Of a DNA stretch of 24,000 nucleotides, positions 1 through 8,000 are shown piece after piece. The notes beneath the pieces are model-generated. The model saw only the letters and a list, made by a program, of their open reading frames with translations. It was not told the origin of the DNA and did no database searches. Both the position numbers and the translations under genes were made by a program. Source of the stretch: Rahnella perminowiae (lineage in GTDB: Bacteria; Pseudomonadota; Gammaproteobacteria; Enterobacterales; Enterobacteriaceae); contig NZ_JAFMOS010000639.1 of assembly GCF_019049755.1 (NCBI RefSeq), positions 13,747-37,746 on the forward strand, in the 5' to 3' direction. Position 1 is the first letter of the stretch, and every line of letters starts with the position of its first letter.

Positions 1-1127
1 GCTCTTACGCGGTAAACGTTGAATACAATATCAACAACACCACGGCAACCCCGCTTGACCTGACTATGTTCGGTCAGCTGAAACAAACCACCGAATTGCC
101 TAAGCACCGTGATACCGGCAGTAATAACTTTGCCCTTCACACTTTCCGCGGCGCGGCATATTCCTCAAGCGATGACAAATATCAGAAGTATGCGTTCGAT
201 AAGAGCGATGCACTGAATGTCACGACTCAGGGCGGTTGGGTTGCAATGTTGCAGCAGTACTTTGCAACGGCGTGGATCCCATCAGCGAAAGACACCAACA
301 CTTTCTTCACGACTACCAATAACGGTATTTCAACGATTGGCTTTAAAGGCACACCGTTTACCGTTGCACCGGGCGCACAGCAACAAGTTGCTTCGATCCT
401 GTGGGTTGGCCCGGAAATTCAGGACAAGATGGCTGCAATCGCGCCACACCTTGACCTGACGGTTGACTACGGTTGGTTGTGGTTCATCTCTCAGCCACTG
501 TTCAAACTATTGAAATTCATTCAAGGGTTTGTCGGTAACTGGGGCTTCTCGATCATCGTTATCACCTTTATTGTCCGCGGTATCATGTATCCCCTGACCC
601 GCGCACAGTACACGTCGATGGCGAAAATGCGTATGTTGCAGCCTAAACTGGCCGCCATGCGTGAGCGTATCGGGGATGACAAACAGCGCATGAGTCAGGA
701 AATGATGGCGCTGTATAAGTCCGAGAAAGTGAACCCGCTGGGGGGCTGTCTGCCGCTGGTTATTCAGATGCCAATCTTCCTGGCACTGTATTACATGCTG
801 TCTGGTTCCATTGAATTGCGTCATGCGCCATTCATCCTGTGGATCCATGACCTGTCAGCACAAGACCCGTACTACATTCTGCCGGTTCTGATGGGTATCA
901 CGATGTTCTTCATCCAGAAGATGTCGCCGACCACCGTAACCGACCCGATGCAGCAGAAGATCATGACCTTCATGCCGGTCATCTTCACCGTGTTCTTCCT
1001 GTGGTTCCCGTCCGGTCTGGTGGTGTACTACATCGTCAGTAACCTGGTAACCATTCTCCAGCAACAGCTGATTTATCGCGGGCTGGAAAAACGTGGCCTG
1101 CATAGCCGCGACAAGAAAAAGTCATAA
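1..1127 (+). CDS. yidC: Membrane protein insertase YidC, C-terminal ~374 codons (5' end lies outside the window; frame runs from base 3)
   Basis: The frame of ORF 66..1127 stays open to the window edge ([12 protein letters not shown]...). It is colinear with the C-terminal part of E. coli YidC as I remember it: '[20 protein letters not shown]', '[13 protein letters not shown]', '[24 protein letters not shown]', C-terminus '[19 protein letters not shown]'. Confidence 0.97.
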   Translation, partial: SYAVNVEYNINNTTATPLDLTMFGQLKQTTELPKHRDTGSNNFALHTFRGAAYSSSDDKYQKYAFDKSDALNVTTQGGWVAMLQQYFATAWIPSAKDTNTFFTTTNNGISTIGFKGTPFTVAPGAQQQVASILWVGPEIQDKMAAIAPHLDLTVDYGWLWFISQPLFKLLKFIQGFVGNWGFSIIVITFIVRGIMYPLTRAQYTSMAKMRMLQPKLAAMRERIGDDKQRMSQEMMALYKSEKVNPLGGCLPLVIQMPIFLALYYMLSGSIELRHAPFILWIHDLSAQDPYYILPVLMGITMFFIQKMSPTTVTDPMQQKIMTFMPVIFTVFFLWFPSGLVVYYIVSNLVTILQQQLIYRGLEKRGLHSRDKKKS

Positions 1128-1133
1128 GTGAAA

Positions 1134-1156
1134 GTCAGGACGGGTTTCGTCCTGAC
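1134..1156 (+). other. Stem-loop 7 nt after the yidC stop codon (GTCAGGACG-ggttt-CGTCCTGAC), with no U tract
   Basis: Perfect 9-bp inverted repeat with a 5-nt loop, read directly from the sequence. It is followed by 'agctaaac', so it is not a canonical terminator. Confidence 0.5.
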
Positions 1157-1173
1157 AGCTAAACTTGATGATA

Positions 1174-1204
1174 AAAAACAAAGGCGATCATTTGATCGCC
1201 TTTT
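1174..1204 (+). terminator. Rho-independent terminator-like hairpin between yidC and mnmE
   Basis: aaaaaacAAAGGCGATCAtttGATCGCCTTTT. GC-containing stem (GGCGATC/GATCGCC) followed by TTTT, ending 33 nt before the mnmE ATG. Confidence 0.6.
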
Positions 1205-1236
1205 GCATATCCGTAAAAAGACCAAAAGAGATGAAT

Positions 1237-2601
1237 ATGAGCACCTCAGATACCATCATTGCCCAGGCAACGCCCCCCGGCCGCGGTGGTGTAGGCATTT
1301 TACGCGTTTCCGGCCGCGCGGCGCGTGATGTGGCACAGGCTGTCTTAGGCAAACTGCCCAAGCCGCGTTATGCCGATTATCTGCCGTTTCAGGATGCCGA
1401 TGGCAGTACGCTGGATCAGGGCATTGCGCTGTGGTTCCCCGGCCCGAATTCCTTTACCGGTGAAGACGTACTTGAGCTGCAAGGTCACGGCGGGCCGGTG
1501 ATCCTGGATTTGCTGCTTAAACGCATCATTGCGCTTGAAAATGTACGTATTGCGCGTCCGGGCGAATTCTCTGAACGTGCATTCCTCAATGATAAACTCG
1601 ATCTGGCGCAGGCTGAGGCCATTGCTGACCTGATTGATGCCAGTTCTGAGCAGGCGGCACGTTCAGCCGTTAATTCATTACAGGGCGCTTTCTCGAACCG
1701 TATTCATCATCTGGTGGAAGCACTCACTCACCTGCGGATCTTTGTCGAAGCGGCTATTGACTTCCCCGACGAGGAAATCGACTTCCTGTCTGACGGCAAA
1801 ATCGAAGCCAAACTCAATACGGTGATGGGCGATCTTGATGCGGTGCGTGCTGAAGCGCGTCAGGGCAGTCTGCTGCGTGAAGGAATGAAAGTGGTGATTG
1901 CCGGGCGTCCGAATGCCGGGAAATCCAGCCTGCTGAATGCACTGGCCGGTCGTGAAGCCGCGATCGTGACCGATATTGCCGGCACCACCCGTGACGTTTT
2001 ACGCGAACACATTCACTTAGACGGCATGCCTTTGCATATTATCGACACCGCCGGGTTGCGCGATGCCAGCGACGAAGTTGAGCGTATCGGTATCGAACGT
2101 GCATGGAATGAGATCGAACAAGCTGATTTGGTACTGTTTATGGTCGACGGCACCACAACGGCCGCCACGGAACCTGCACAAATCTGGCCTGAATTTATGG
2201 CCCGCCTGCCAGCCTCTTTGCCTATCGTGGTTGTGCGTAATAAAGCCGATATCACAGGCGAAGCGCTGGGGCAGACACAAGTGAATGGTCACTCACTTAT
2301 TCGCCTTTCCGCCCGTACCGGTGACGGCGTTGACCTGCTGCGCGATCATCTGAAACAGGTGATGGGCTTTAATCACAATATGGAAGGTGGATTCCTTGCC
2401 CGTCGCCGTCACTTACAGGCGCTGGAACAGGCTGCACAGCATCTGGTTCAGGGTAAAGATCAGCTGCTTGGTGCATGGGCGGGGGAATTACTGGCAGAAG
2501 AACTGCGTCTGGCACAGCAATCGCTGAGTGAAATCACCGGTGAATTTACATCCGATGATTTGCTGGGCCGTATTTTCTCCAGTTTCTGCATCGGCAAATA
2601 A
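1237..2601 (+). CDS. mnmE: tRNA modification GTPase MnmE (TrmE), 454 aa
   Basis: ORF 1165..2601 trimmed to the ATG at 1237, because '[26 protein letters not shown]' matches the E. coli MnmE N-terminus. The upstream extension would run through the terminator hairpin. G-domain motifs '[12 protein letters not shown]', 'DTAG', 'NKAD' are present, as is the C-terminal 'CIGK'. The 454-aa length equals E. coli MnmE. Confidence 0.97.
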   Translation: MSTSDTIIAQATPPGRGGVGILRVSGRAARDVAQAVLGKLPKPRYADYLPFQDADGSTLDQGIALWFPGPNSFTGEDVLELQGHGGPVILDLLLKRIIALENVRIARPGEFSERAFLNDKLDLAQAEAIADLIDASSEQAARSAVNSLQGAFSNRIHHLVEALTHLRIFVEAAIDFPDEEIDFLSDGKIEAKLNTVMGDLDAVRAEARQGSLLREGMKVVIAGRPNAGKSSLLNALAGREAAIVTDIAGTTRDVLREHIHLDGMPLHIIDTAGLRDASDEVERIGIERAWNEIEQADLVLFMVDGTTTAATEPAQIWPEFMARLPASLPIVVVRNKADITGEALGQTQVNGHSLIRLSARTGDGVDLLRDHLKQVMGFNHNMEGGFLARRRHLQALEQAAQHLVQGKDQLLGAWAGELLAEELRLAQQSLSEITGEFTSDDLLGRIFSSFCIGK

Positions 2602-2616
2602 TCTGTCATGCGCAAT

Positions 2617-2649
2617 AAAAACCCGCATTTTAACATGCGGGTTTTTATT
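2617..2649. terminator. Bidirectional intrinsic terminator shared by mnmE (+) and the SDR gene (-)
   Basis: aaaaACCCGCATtttaacATGCGGGTtttttatt. An 8-bp stem is flanked by an A-run and a T-run, between convergent stop codons at 2601 and 2669. Confidence 0.85.
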
Positions 2650-2668
2650 GGCTTCAGAAGGTCGGGCC

Positions 2669-3268
2669 TTACCAGGCTTTATAAATCCGCCCGTTCTGTG
2701 CACCTTCCACACTGCGGCGGTACGCTTTTGCCACACGTGCTGCCGGGGCCGCTTCAAAGCCAGGGAAGAACGGGCCATAGCCTGCAAGGGATTCTTCTAC
2801 CACTGTCGGGCTGACGGCATTAATACGCATCCCGCGTGGTAACTCAATCGATGCACCACGTACAAAGCCCTCGACTGCCGCATTCACCGTGGTGGCGTTG
2901 GCCCCCTGACGGATGGGCTCATCAGCAATAATCCCGCTGGTCAGCGTGATGGAACCACCATCATTGAGAAATTCCTGACCGATCAGCGCAATGCGTACCT
3001 GCCCGAGCAGTTTATCCTGTAAACCAATATTGAATTGTTCTGCAGTCATTTCTGTCAGCGGGCCGAAGTGCAGGCTCCCTGTGGTTGTGATAATCGCATC
3101 GAGTTTACCCGTACGTTGGAAAAGCGTTTTTACGCTGTTTTCGTCAGTGATATCTACCTGAAAATCCCCCTGTGTTTTACCTGCCGTGATCACCTCATGA
3201 TCACCGGCAAACTCACGCACTACGGCTTTACCCAATGTACCCGTCCCGCCAATCACTAAAATTTTCAT
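2669..3268 (-). CDS. Small short-chain dehydrogenase/reductase family protein (~199 aa)
   Basis: ORF 2669..3310 trimmed to the ATG at 3268, which is preceded by GAGGAG ('ttGAGGAGtctgtgATG'). N-terminal Rossmann motif 'MKILVIGGTGTLGKAV'. The ~200-aa length is typical of a compact SDR subgroup. Confidence 0.8.
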   Translation of the reverse strand: MKILVIGGTGTLGKAVVREFAGDHEVITAGKTQGDFQVDITDENSVKTLFQRTGKLDAIITTTGSLHFGPLTEMTAEQFNIGLQDKLLGQVRIALIGQEFLNDGGSITLTSGIIADEPIRQGANATTVNAAVEGFVRGASIELPRGMRINAVSPTVVEESLAGYGPFFPGFEAAPAARVAKAYRRSVEGAQNGRIYKAW

Positions 3269-3311
3269 CACAGACTCCTCAATAATGTTTGTGGGTTCAT
3301 CTTTCACCAAA

Positions 3312-3358
3312 CTGAGGGTTAGATATAGACTCGAATTATTCGTTCTGTTCTAACTCAG
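3312..3358. promoter_or_regulatory. Candidate LysR operator in the divergent SDR/LysR promoter region
   Basis: Imperfect inverted repeat CTGAGggTTAG (3312-3322) / CTAACTCAG (3350-3358). It flanks an ATA-N9-TAT (T-N11-A) dyad at 3325-3339. Confidence 0.3.
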
Positions 3359-3368
3359 GGTTTGTAAT

Positions 3369-4256
3369 ATGGATAAGCTGCGGAATATCGAAGTCTTTGT
3401 CAGCGTAGTAGAAACCGGAAATTTCAGCACCGCGGCAGAAAAACTGGGGATCTCCGCAGTGATGGTTGGCAAGCATATTCAGCAGTTAGAAAAGTATCTG
3501 AATGCCCGCCTGTTGCAACGCACCACCCGCAGGCAAAGCCTGACCGATGCCGGTGAAGTATTTTATGAGAATGGAAAACGGGTGCTGGAACAGATGAAAT
3601 TTACGGAAAGCGCGATGGAAAGCCTGCAAAGCGTACCGACCGGGCTGCTGCGGGTCAGCGCGCCGGTGTCACTCGGCTCCAGCGTGGTAGCGCCGATGCT
3701 GGCCCGTTATCTGCAAAAACACCCTAAAATCAATGTGGAGCTCATACTGAGCAATGCCCGGGTGGATTTGCTCGCAGAGGGTTTTGACGCGGCGATTCGC
3801 ATTGGCGAAACAGGTGATGACCGGCTGGTCGCGAAGCCGCTGGCCCCCTATGAAATGGTGATCTGTGCTTCTCCGGAATATTTGCAGCGTTTTGGTATGC
3901 CCGCTTCGCCTGCAGATTTGAAAACGCACCCGTGTCTGGTGCATACAGTCTGGAATCAGAGCGAAGGCTGGCATCTGGCGAATGCAGAGCACACCACGTC
4001 AGCGTGGCCTGTCCATAGCCGTTATGTATCAAACGACGGCCATGCATTACGCGCCGCTGCGCTGGAAGGCGCCGGTTTGCTGTTGCAGCCCAAAGTTCTT
4101 CTGGCCAGTGATATTGCCAGCGGAAAACTGATCCCTGTGCTTGAGTCTTTTATCCCGAAGCCACGTCCGGTACATCTGGTGTATCTGCCCGATTTCAGAC
4201 CACGCGCCAAACTCACCAGCCTGATTAATTTTATGACTGAACACACCTTTTACTGA
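3369..4256 (+). CDS. LysR-family transcriptional regulator (295 aa)
   Basis: N-terminal wHTH 'FVSVVETGNFSTAAEKLGISAVMVGKHIQQLEKYLNARLLQRTTRRQSLTDAG' and a LysR substrate-binding fold. It is divergent from the SDR gene, the classic LysR arrangement. Confidence 0.9.
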   Translation: MDKLRNIEVFVSVVETGNFSTAAEKLGISAVMVGKHIQQLEKYLNARLLQRTTRRQSLTDAGEVFYENGKRVLEQMKFTESAMESLQSVPTGLLRVSAPVSLGSSVVAPMLARYLQKHPKINVELILSNARVDLLAEGFDAAIRIGETGDDRLVAKPLAPYEMVICASPEYLQRFGMPASPADLKTHPCLVHTVWNQSEGWHLANAEHTTSAWPVHSRYVSNDGHALRAAALEGAGLLLQPKVLLASDIASGKLIPVLESFIPKPRPVHLVYLPDFRPRAKLTSLINFMTEHTFY

Positions 4257-4266
4257 GGCACTGTTC

Positions 4267-4300
4267 AAAATAAAAAACGGTGAGTGATCGCTCACTCACC
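4267..4300 (-). terminator. Intrinsic terminator of the chemoreceptor gene (hairpin may also stop LysR read-through)
   Basis: On the minus strand: GGTGAGTGAgcgaTCACTCACC followed by TTTTTTATTTT, 30 nt after the MCP stop. On the plus strand the U tract is poor. Confidence 0.85.
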
Positions 4301-4330
4301 GCCTGATTTAACTTTCTGTAGCAAACGTGA

Positions 4331-6226
4331 TCAGAGCTTAAAGCCTGCAACCACGGTCTCCAGTTGAACGGTCTGATCCTGCATCGCCTGTGCGGCAGCC
4401 GAAACCTGCTCAACCAGCGCGGCATTCTGCTGCGTCGCATTATCCAGCTGAGTGATCGCGACGTTAACCTGCTCAATGCCCAGACTTTGTTCCTGACTGG
4501 AAGACATGATTTCGTTCATTAGTGTCGCAACATTATTTACGCCGCCCATGACTTCATCCATCGTCGTCCCGGCGGTCGCCACCAGTTCGCTGCCGGTGGA
4601 GATATCTGCCACCGAATCCTCGATCAGTTTTTTGATTTCACGCGCCGAAGTGGCCGAGCGCTGTGCCAGACTGCGTACCTCGGATGCCACAACGGCGAAG
4701 CCACGCCCCTGTTCACCGGCACGCGCCGCTTCAACCGCCGCATTCAGCGCCAGAATGTTAGTCTGGAAAGCGATGCCGTCGATCACGCTGATGATATCGA
4801 CGATTTTATGAGAAGAACGGGTGATCGAACCCATGGTCTCAACCACTAGTTTCACCACCTCCGAGCCCTTCTCAGCAACAGCAGAGGCATCACGCGCCAG
4901 CTGGTTAGCCCCTTCCGCATTGGCAGCGTTCTGTTTCACGGTGCTGGTCAGTTGCTCCATTGAGGCTGCCGTTTCGACAATCGAACTGGCCTGCTCTTCG
5001 GTTCGTGCTGACAAGTCCAGGTTACCGCTGGCAATCTGACGCGAGGCCGAGGTGATCGCCAGACTACTGTCGCCGACCTGACGCAGAATCGACTGCAGGA
5101 AAGACAGGAAGCCGTTGAAATTCTGGTTGATCTGATTGAACTCAGGGCTTCGGCTTTCCGGCAAACGACGGGTTAAGTCGGCACCGCCGGCGGAAAGCTG
5201 GGCGATATTTCTATTCAGTGCTGCCAGCTGGCGCATGAAAATTTTAATTGCGGCGATCAGAACGATCAGTAACAACAAGACCATCGGGATTTGAACCAGT
5301 CCGAGGCTCGCCAGAATGCTGTGGCTGCGCGCCAGTAACTGGCTGGTCGGCATATCAGTGGCGATAAACCAGGGTCCCTGAATGTTACTCATGAATAGGG
5401 TGTGCGACGTGCCGTCATTGTCGTAGTCAGCGATCAGACTCGCCTGTCCGTTGATCTGATCCAGACTTTTGCGGATCTGCATCGCCAGGGGAGAAGTCTC
5501 ACCCAGTGAAGCCAGTTTCGGCAATTTTTCATCGGTAGAATGGCTGGTACCGACAATTGTGCCGTCTTTTTCCACGATATAAATTTTCGCATGGACCTTT
5601 TTCTCCATCTCCGTCACCAGTTGGTTAAAGAAACCCAGTGTGACGTCAATGGTTGCGACACCCCATTGTTTATCGCCTTTGTAAATCGGCATCGCACAGT
5701 TAGTCCGCGGCTGCGTGCTGGCGTCATCGAAATAAGCAGGCGCCCAGACACACTGGCCCTTTTCACCTTTTGAAGCCGCCAGATACCACGACTGATCGAA
5801 ATAGTTGGGAGATTCAGCGCTGTTCCAGAAGGTATTGACCGTCAGCTGATTATTATTATTACGGGCAAAGAAAGTGCTGAATTTGATTTTGGCCGGATCG
5901 CGTTGATTCGGCAGTGGCCAGATCCCGCCGCCAAATACCGCAGCGTCACCGTACTGATCAACCAGTGCCGGAAGTAAACGATCGATACTGTCGCTGTCCA
6001 TTTGTGCGACAGTCTGGGTAATGGTCCGTACCTGAGACTCAACTTTATTCAAGCGGTCATTAATTGCCACTGCAACGTCATCCACCTGATTAGCCACCAG
6101 ATTACTTTCTGTCTGCTTCAGCTGGGGAGCGATATACACCTGGATCACGATAAGCGTAACGATGACCAGCGCAATAAAAAACAAGCTGATCAATGCGATA
6201 AAGCGGGATTGCGTTGTTTTTAACAT
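4331..6226 (-). CDS. Methyl-accepting chemotaxis protein with a large periplasmic Cache-like sensor, HAMP and MA signalling domains (~631 aa)
   Basis: ORF 4331..6280 trimmed to the ATG at 6226 ('[23 protein letters not shown]', TM1). The longer form would overlap the predicted sigma-28 promoter. TM2 is '[24 protein letters not shown]'. The conserved signalling core is '[40 protein letters not shown]'. The C-terminus '...VVAGFKL' has no NWETF-type pentapeptide. Confidence 0.9.
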   Translation of the reverse strand: MLKTTQSRFIALISLFFIALVIVTLIVIQVYIAPQLKQTESNLVANQVDDVAVAINDRLNKVESQVRTITQTVAQMDSDSIDRLLPALVDQYGDAAVFGGGIWPLPNQRDPAKIKFSTFFARNNNNQLTVNTFWNSAESPNYFDQSWYLAASKGEKGQCVWAPAYFDDASTQPRTNCAMPIYKGDKQWGVATIDVTLGFFNQLVTEMEKKVHAKIYIVEKDGTIVGTSHSTDEKLPKLASLGETSPLAMQIRKSLDQINGQASLIADYDNDGTSHTLFMSNIQGPWFIATDMPTSQLLARSHSILASLGLVQIPMVLLLLIVLIAAIKIFMRQLAALNRNIAQLSAGGADLTRRLPESRSPEFNQINQNFNGFLSFLQSILRQVGDSSLAITSASRQIASGNLDLSARTEEQASSIVETAASMEQLTSTVKQNAANAEGANQLARDASAVAEKGSEVVKLVVETMGSITRSSHKIVDIISVIDGIAFQTNILALNAAVEAARAGEQGRGFAVVASEVRSLAQRSATSAREIKKLIEDSVADISTGSELVATAGTTMDEVMGGVNNVATLMNEIMSSSQEQSLGIEQVNVAITQLDNATQQNAALVEQVSAAAQAMQDQTVQLETVVAGFKL

Positions 6227-6246
6227 TTTTGGGCACTCACAGGCAA

Positions 6247-6264
6247 AGCAGCGAGATCGCTGCT
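6247..6264 (-). other. Stem-loop at the predicted 5' end of the MCP mRNA
   Basis: AGCAGCGAgaTCGCTGCT (7-8 bp stem, contains GATC) lies immediately downstream of the sigma-28 -10 element. Confidence 0.4.
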
Positions 6265-6270
6265 TAATTA

Positions 6271-6297
6271 GTAACGGCATTTTCTGACGTTTCTTTA
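6271..6297 (-). promoter_or_regulatory. Sigma-28 (FliA)-type promoter for the chemoreceptor gene
   Basis: The minus strand reads TAAAGAAA-N11-GCCGTTAC versus the consensus TAAAGTTT-N11-GCCGATAA (5/8 and 6/8, exact spacing). It lies ~45-70 nt upstream of the ATG at 6226. Confidence 0.55.
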
Positions 6298-6392
6298 TGT
6301 TGCTATAGTAGATATATCTGGCGTGAGAAGGGTATGCGTAAAAAACCAGAACATCATTCCAATGATATTCTTTCTCAATAAGGGACTTAGGC

Positions 6393-6408
6393 TGTGATGG
6401 CTTTCACT
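6393..6408. promoter_or_regulatory. CRP-like site (TGTGA-N6-TCACT) in the 323-bp MCP/yieE intergenic region
   Basis: 9/10 match to the TGTGA-N6-TCACA core with correct spacing. I could not place an obvious partner promoter at a class I or class II distance. Confidence 0.4.
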
Positions 6409-6549
6409 TTATGATGATGAAATATTGTCGGAAAAGGGAAAAAAGTGTGCAGTGCTGCGGGTTTTAAGCGGTTTTTAATGATTTCTCTTAATGTTATTCT
6501 TTAGCACAATTGAGAAAATGCGGTCGAACCATTAATCATGGAGTGAACA

Positions 6550-7275
6550 ATGGCGTGCCATTTTGCAAGATGGGCAATGACGGATGCAGAACCGGATACA
6601 CACCGGTTGCCCAAAGAGATCATATTATTCGCCAGACACCTTTCCGAAAAACAGCGCAAGCGTTTCTTAAACGGCCGCGTTCTGCTGGCTGAAATGATTT
6701 TCTATCTTTACGGCATCGCTGAGCTTCCCAACGTTATTACGCTGCCGAGCGGTCGTCCAAGTTTTGAATCCCCTGATCTGCCGGATTTCAGTCTGGCGTA
6801 TGCCGGAAGTACCGTCGGTGTTTTAATCAGCAGCGAAGGAAAAGTCGGCCTCGATCTCGAAATCATTCATGCCCGCAGTGCGCTGGTGAATCCGCAACAG
6901 CAATTACAGCTTTCTGCCGTGGAGAAAACCTGGATTGCCATGCAATCGGATCCGGTGGAATCCTCGCTTCAACTGTGGTGTATCCGCCAGAGCATGCTGA
7001 AAATGTCCGGCCTGAACGATCAGAGCCCGCTTACGCTCAGCCTGAATCCCGCTTCGGGTCGTTTGCGGTCTACCATAACGCCCGAGGCGCAGGTGATGAG
7101 TGACATTGAAGGCTCAATTACCTGGGCCTGTGCGCAATCTCCCTCAATTATCCGTTTGCAATGCTGGCGTTATGAACCTGAAAACGGCTTTACCCGCACG
7201 CAAACCCTGTCAGTCGATCAGCAATCTGAATCACCACACTTCATGAAGTTCATCAGCCTGCCACCCGCTAAATAA
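6550..7275 (+). CDS. yieE: 4'-phosphopantetheinyl transferase superfamily protein, YieE-like (241 aa)
   Basis: N-terminus 'MACHFARW' and 'FLNGRVLLAEMIFYLYGIAELPNVITLPSGRPSF' resemble E. coli YieE as I recall it. Position directly upstream of yieF is conserved. SD GGAG lies 6 nt before the ATG. Confidence 0.8.
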   Translation: MACHFARWAMTDAEPDTHRLPKEIILFARHLSEKQRKRFLNGRVLLAEMIFYLYGIAELPNVITLPSGRPSFESPDLPDFSLAYAGSTVGVLISSEGKVGLDLEIIHARSALVNPQQQLQLSAVEKTWIAMQSDPVESSLQLWCIRQSMLKMSGLNDQSPLTLSLNPASGRLRSTITPEAQVMSDIEGSITWACAQSPSIIRLQCWRYEPENGFTRTQTLSVDQQSESPHFMKFISLPPAK

Positions 7276-7365
7276 AACTACACGTTTGTTTACGCCAGTT
7301 GTGATGTTTTCGTTTATGGTTACAGGCAATTCCTTTCGAAAAGTCACCCATAACAGGAGTTACCC

Positions 7366-7935
7366 ATGTCAGCTCAACCACTGAAGTTTGTCACACTGTT
7401 AGGCAGTCTTCGTAAAGCGTCTTATAACGGAATGGTCGCCCGTACTTTGCCGAAAGTGGCACCAGAGGGCATCAGTATTGAGGCGTTGCCTTCCATCGGT
7501 ACACTGCCGCTTTATGATGCAGATATTCAGCAGGAAGAGGGTTTTCCGGCCGATATAGAAGCCATAGCAGAGCAAATCCGTCAGGCTGACGGCGTGATCA
7601 TTGTGACGCCGGAATATAACTATTCTGTGCCAGGCGGCCTTAAAAATGCCATCGACTGGATTTCCCGTTTGCCGAATCAGCCACTGGCGGGTAAACCGGT
7701 GCTGATCCAGACCAGCTCAATGGGCCCGGTCGGCGGCGCACGTTGCCAGTATCACCTGCGTCAGATTCTGGTGTTCCTGGATGCGATGGTGATGAATAAA
7801 CCTGAATTTATGGGCGGCGTGATCCAGAACAAAGTGGATGAGCAGATTGGTGAAGTGATTGATCAGGGCACGCTCGATTTCCTGCGCGGTCAGCTTACGG
7901 CATTTGCCGACTATACGCGTCGCGTCAGCAAGTAA
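7366..7935 (+). CDS. chrR: NAD(P)H-dependent FMN reductase / chromate-quinone reductase YieF (ChrR), 189 aa
   Basis: Nearly colinear with E. coli YieF: 'VTLLGSLRKASYNGMVARTLPK', 'VTPEYNYSVPGGLKNAIDW', 'GGARCQYHLRQILVFLDAMVMNKPEFMGGVIQNKVD'. SD is AGGAG. Confidence 0.95.
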   Translation: MSAQPLKFVTLLGSLRKASYNGMVARTLPKVAPEGISIEALPSIGTLPLYDADIQQEEGFPADIEAIAEQIRQADGVIIVTPEYNYSVPGGLKNAIDWISRLPNQPLAGKPVLIQTSSMGPVGGARCQYHLRQILVFLDAMVMNKPEFMGGVIQNKVDEQIGEVIDQGTLDFLRGQLTAFADYTRRVSK

Positions 7936-7954
7936 TCTACAGCCTCAGAAATGC

Positions 7955-7987
7955 AAACAGCCCGCAAAATTGCAGGCTGTTTTTTTT
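7955..7987. terminator. Intrinsic terminator between convergent yieF and adeP
   Basis: aaACAGCCcGCAaaatTGCaGGCTGTttttttt. The stem with a T7 run serves the + strand. The A-rich 5' flank gives a weaker minus-strand version. Confidence 0.8.
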
Positions 7988-8000
7988 GCCGTCACGAAAA

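Noticed and set aside
1165-1236. 5' extensions proposed by the ORF track for mnmE (1165), the SDR (3310), the MCP (6280), yieH (9466), frvR (11827, GTG) and pstB (18225)
   Set aside because: The extensions run through terminator hairpins or promoters, lack an SD, and add residues absent from the E. coli orthologues. Internal ATGs with an SD reproduce the orthologue lengths.
6334-6467. Two very small ORFs (15 aa at 6334-6381; 18 aa at 6411-6467) in the MCP/yieE spacer
   Set aside because: They are too short to support from sequence alone. Only the first has an SD-like element and neither shows a recognisable motif. They are mentioned only as context for the CRP-like site.
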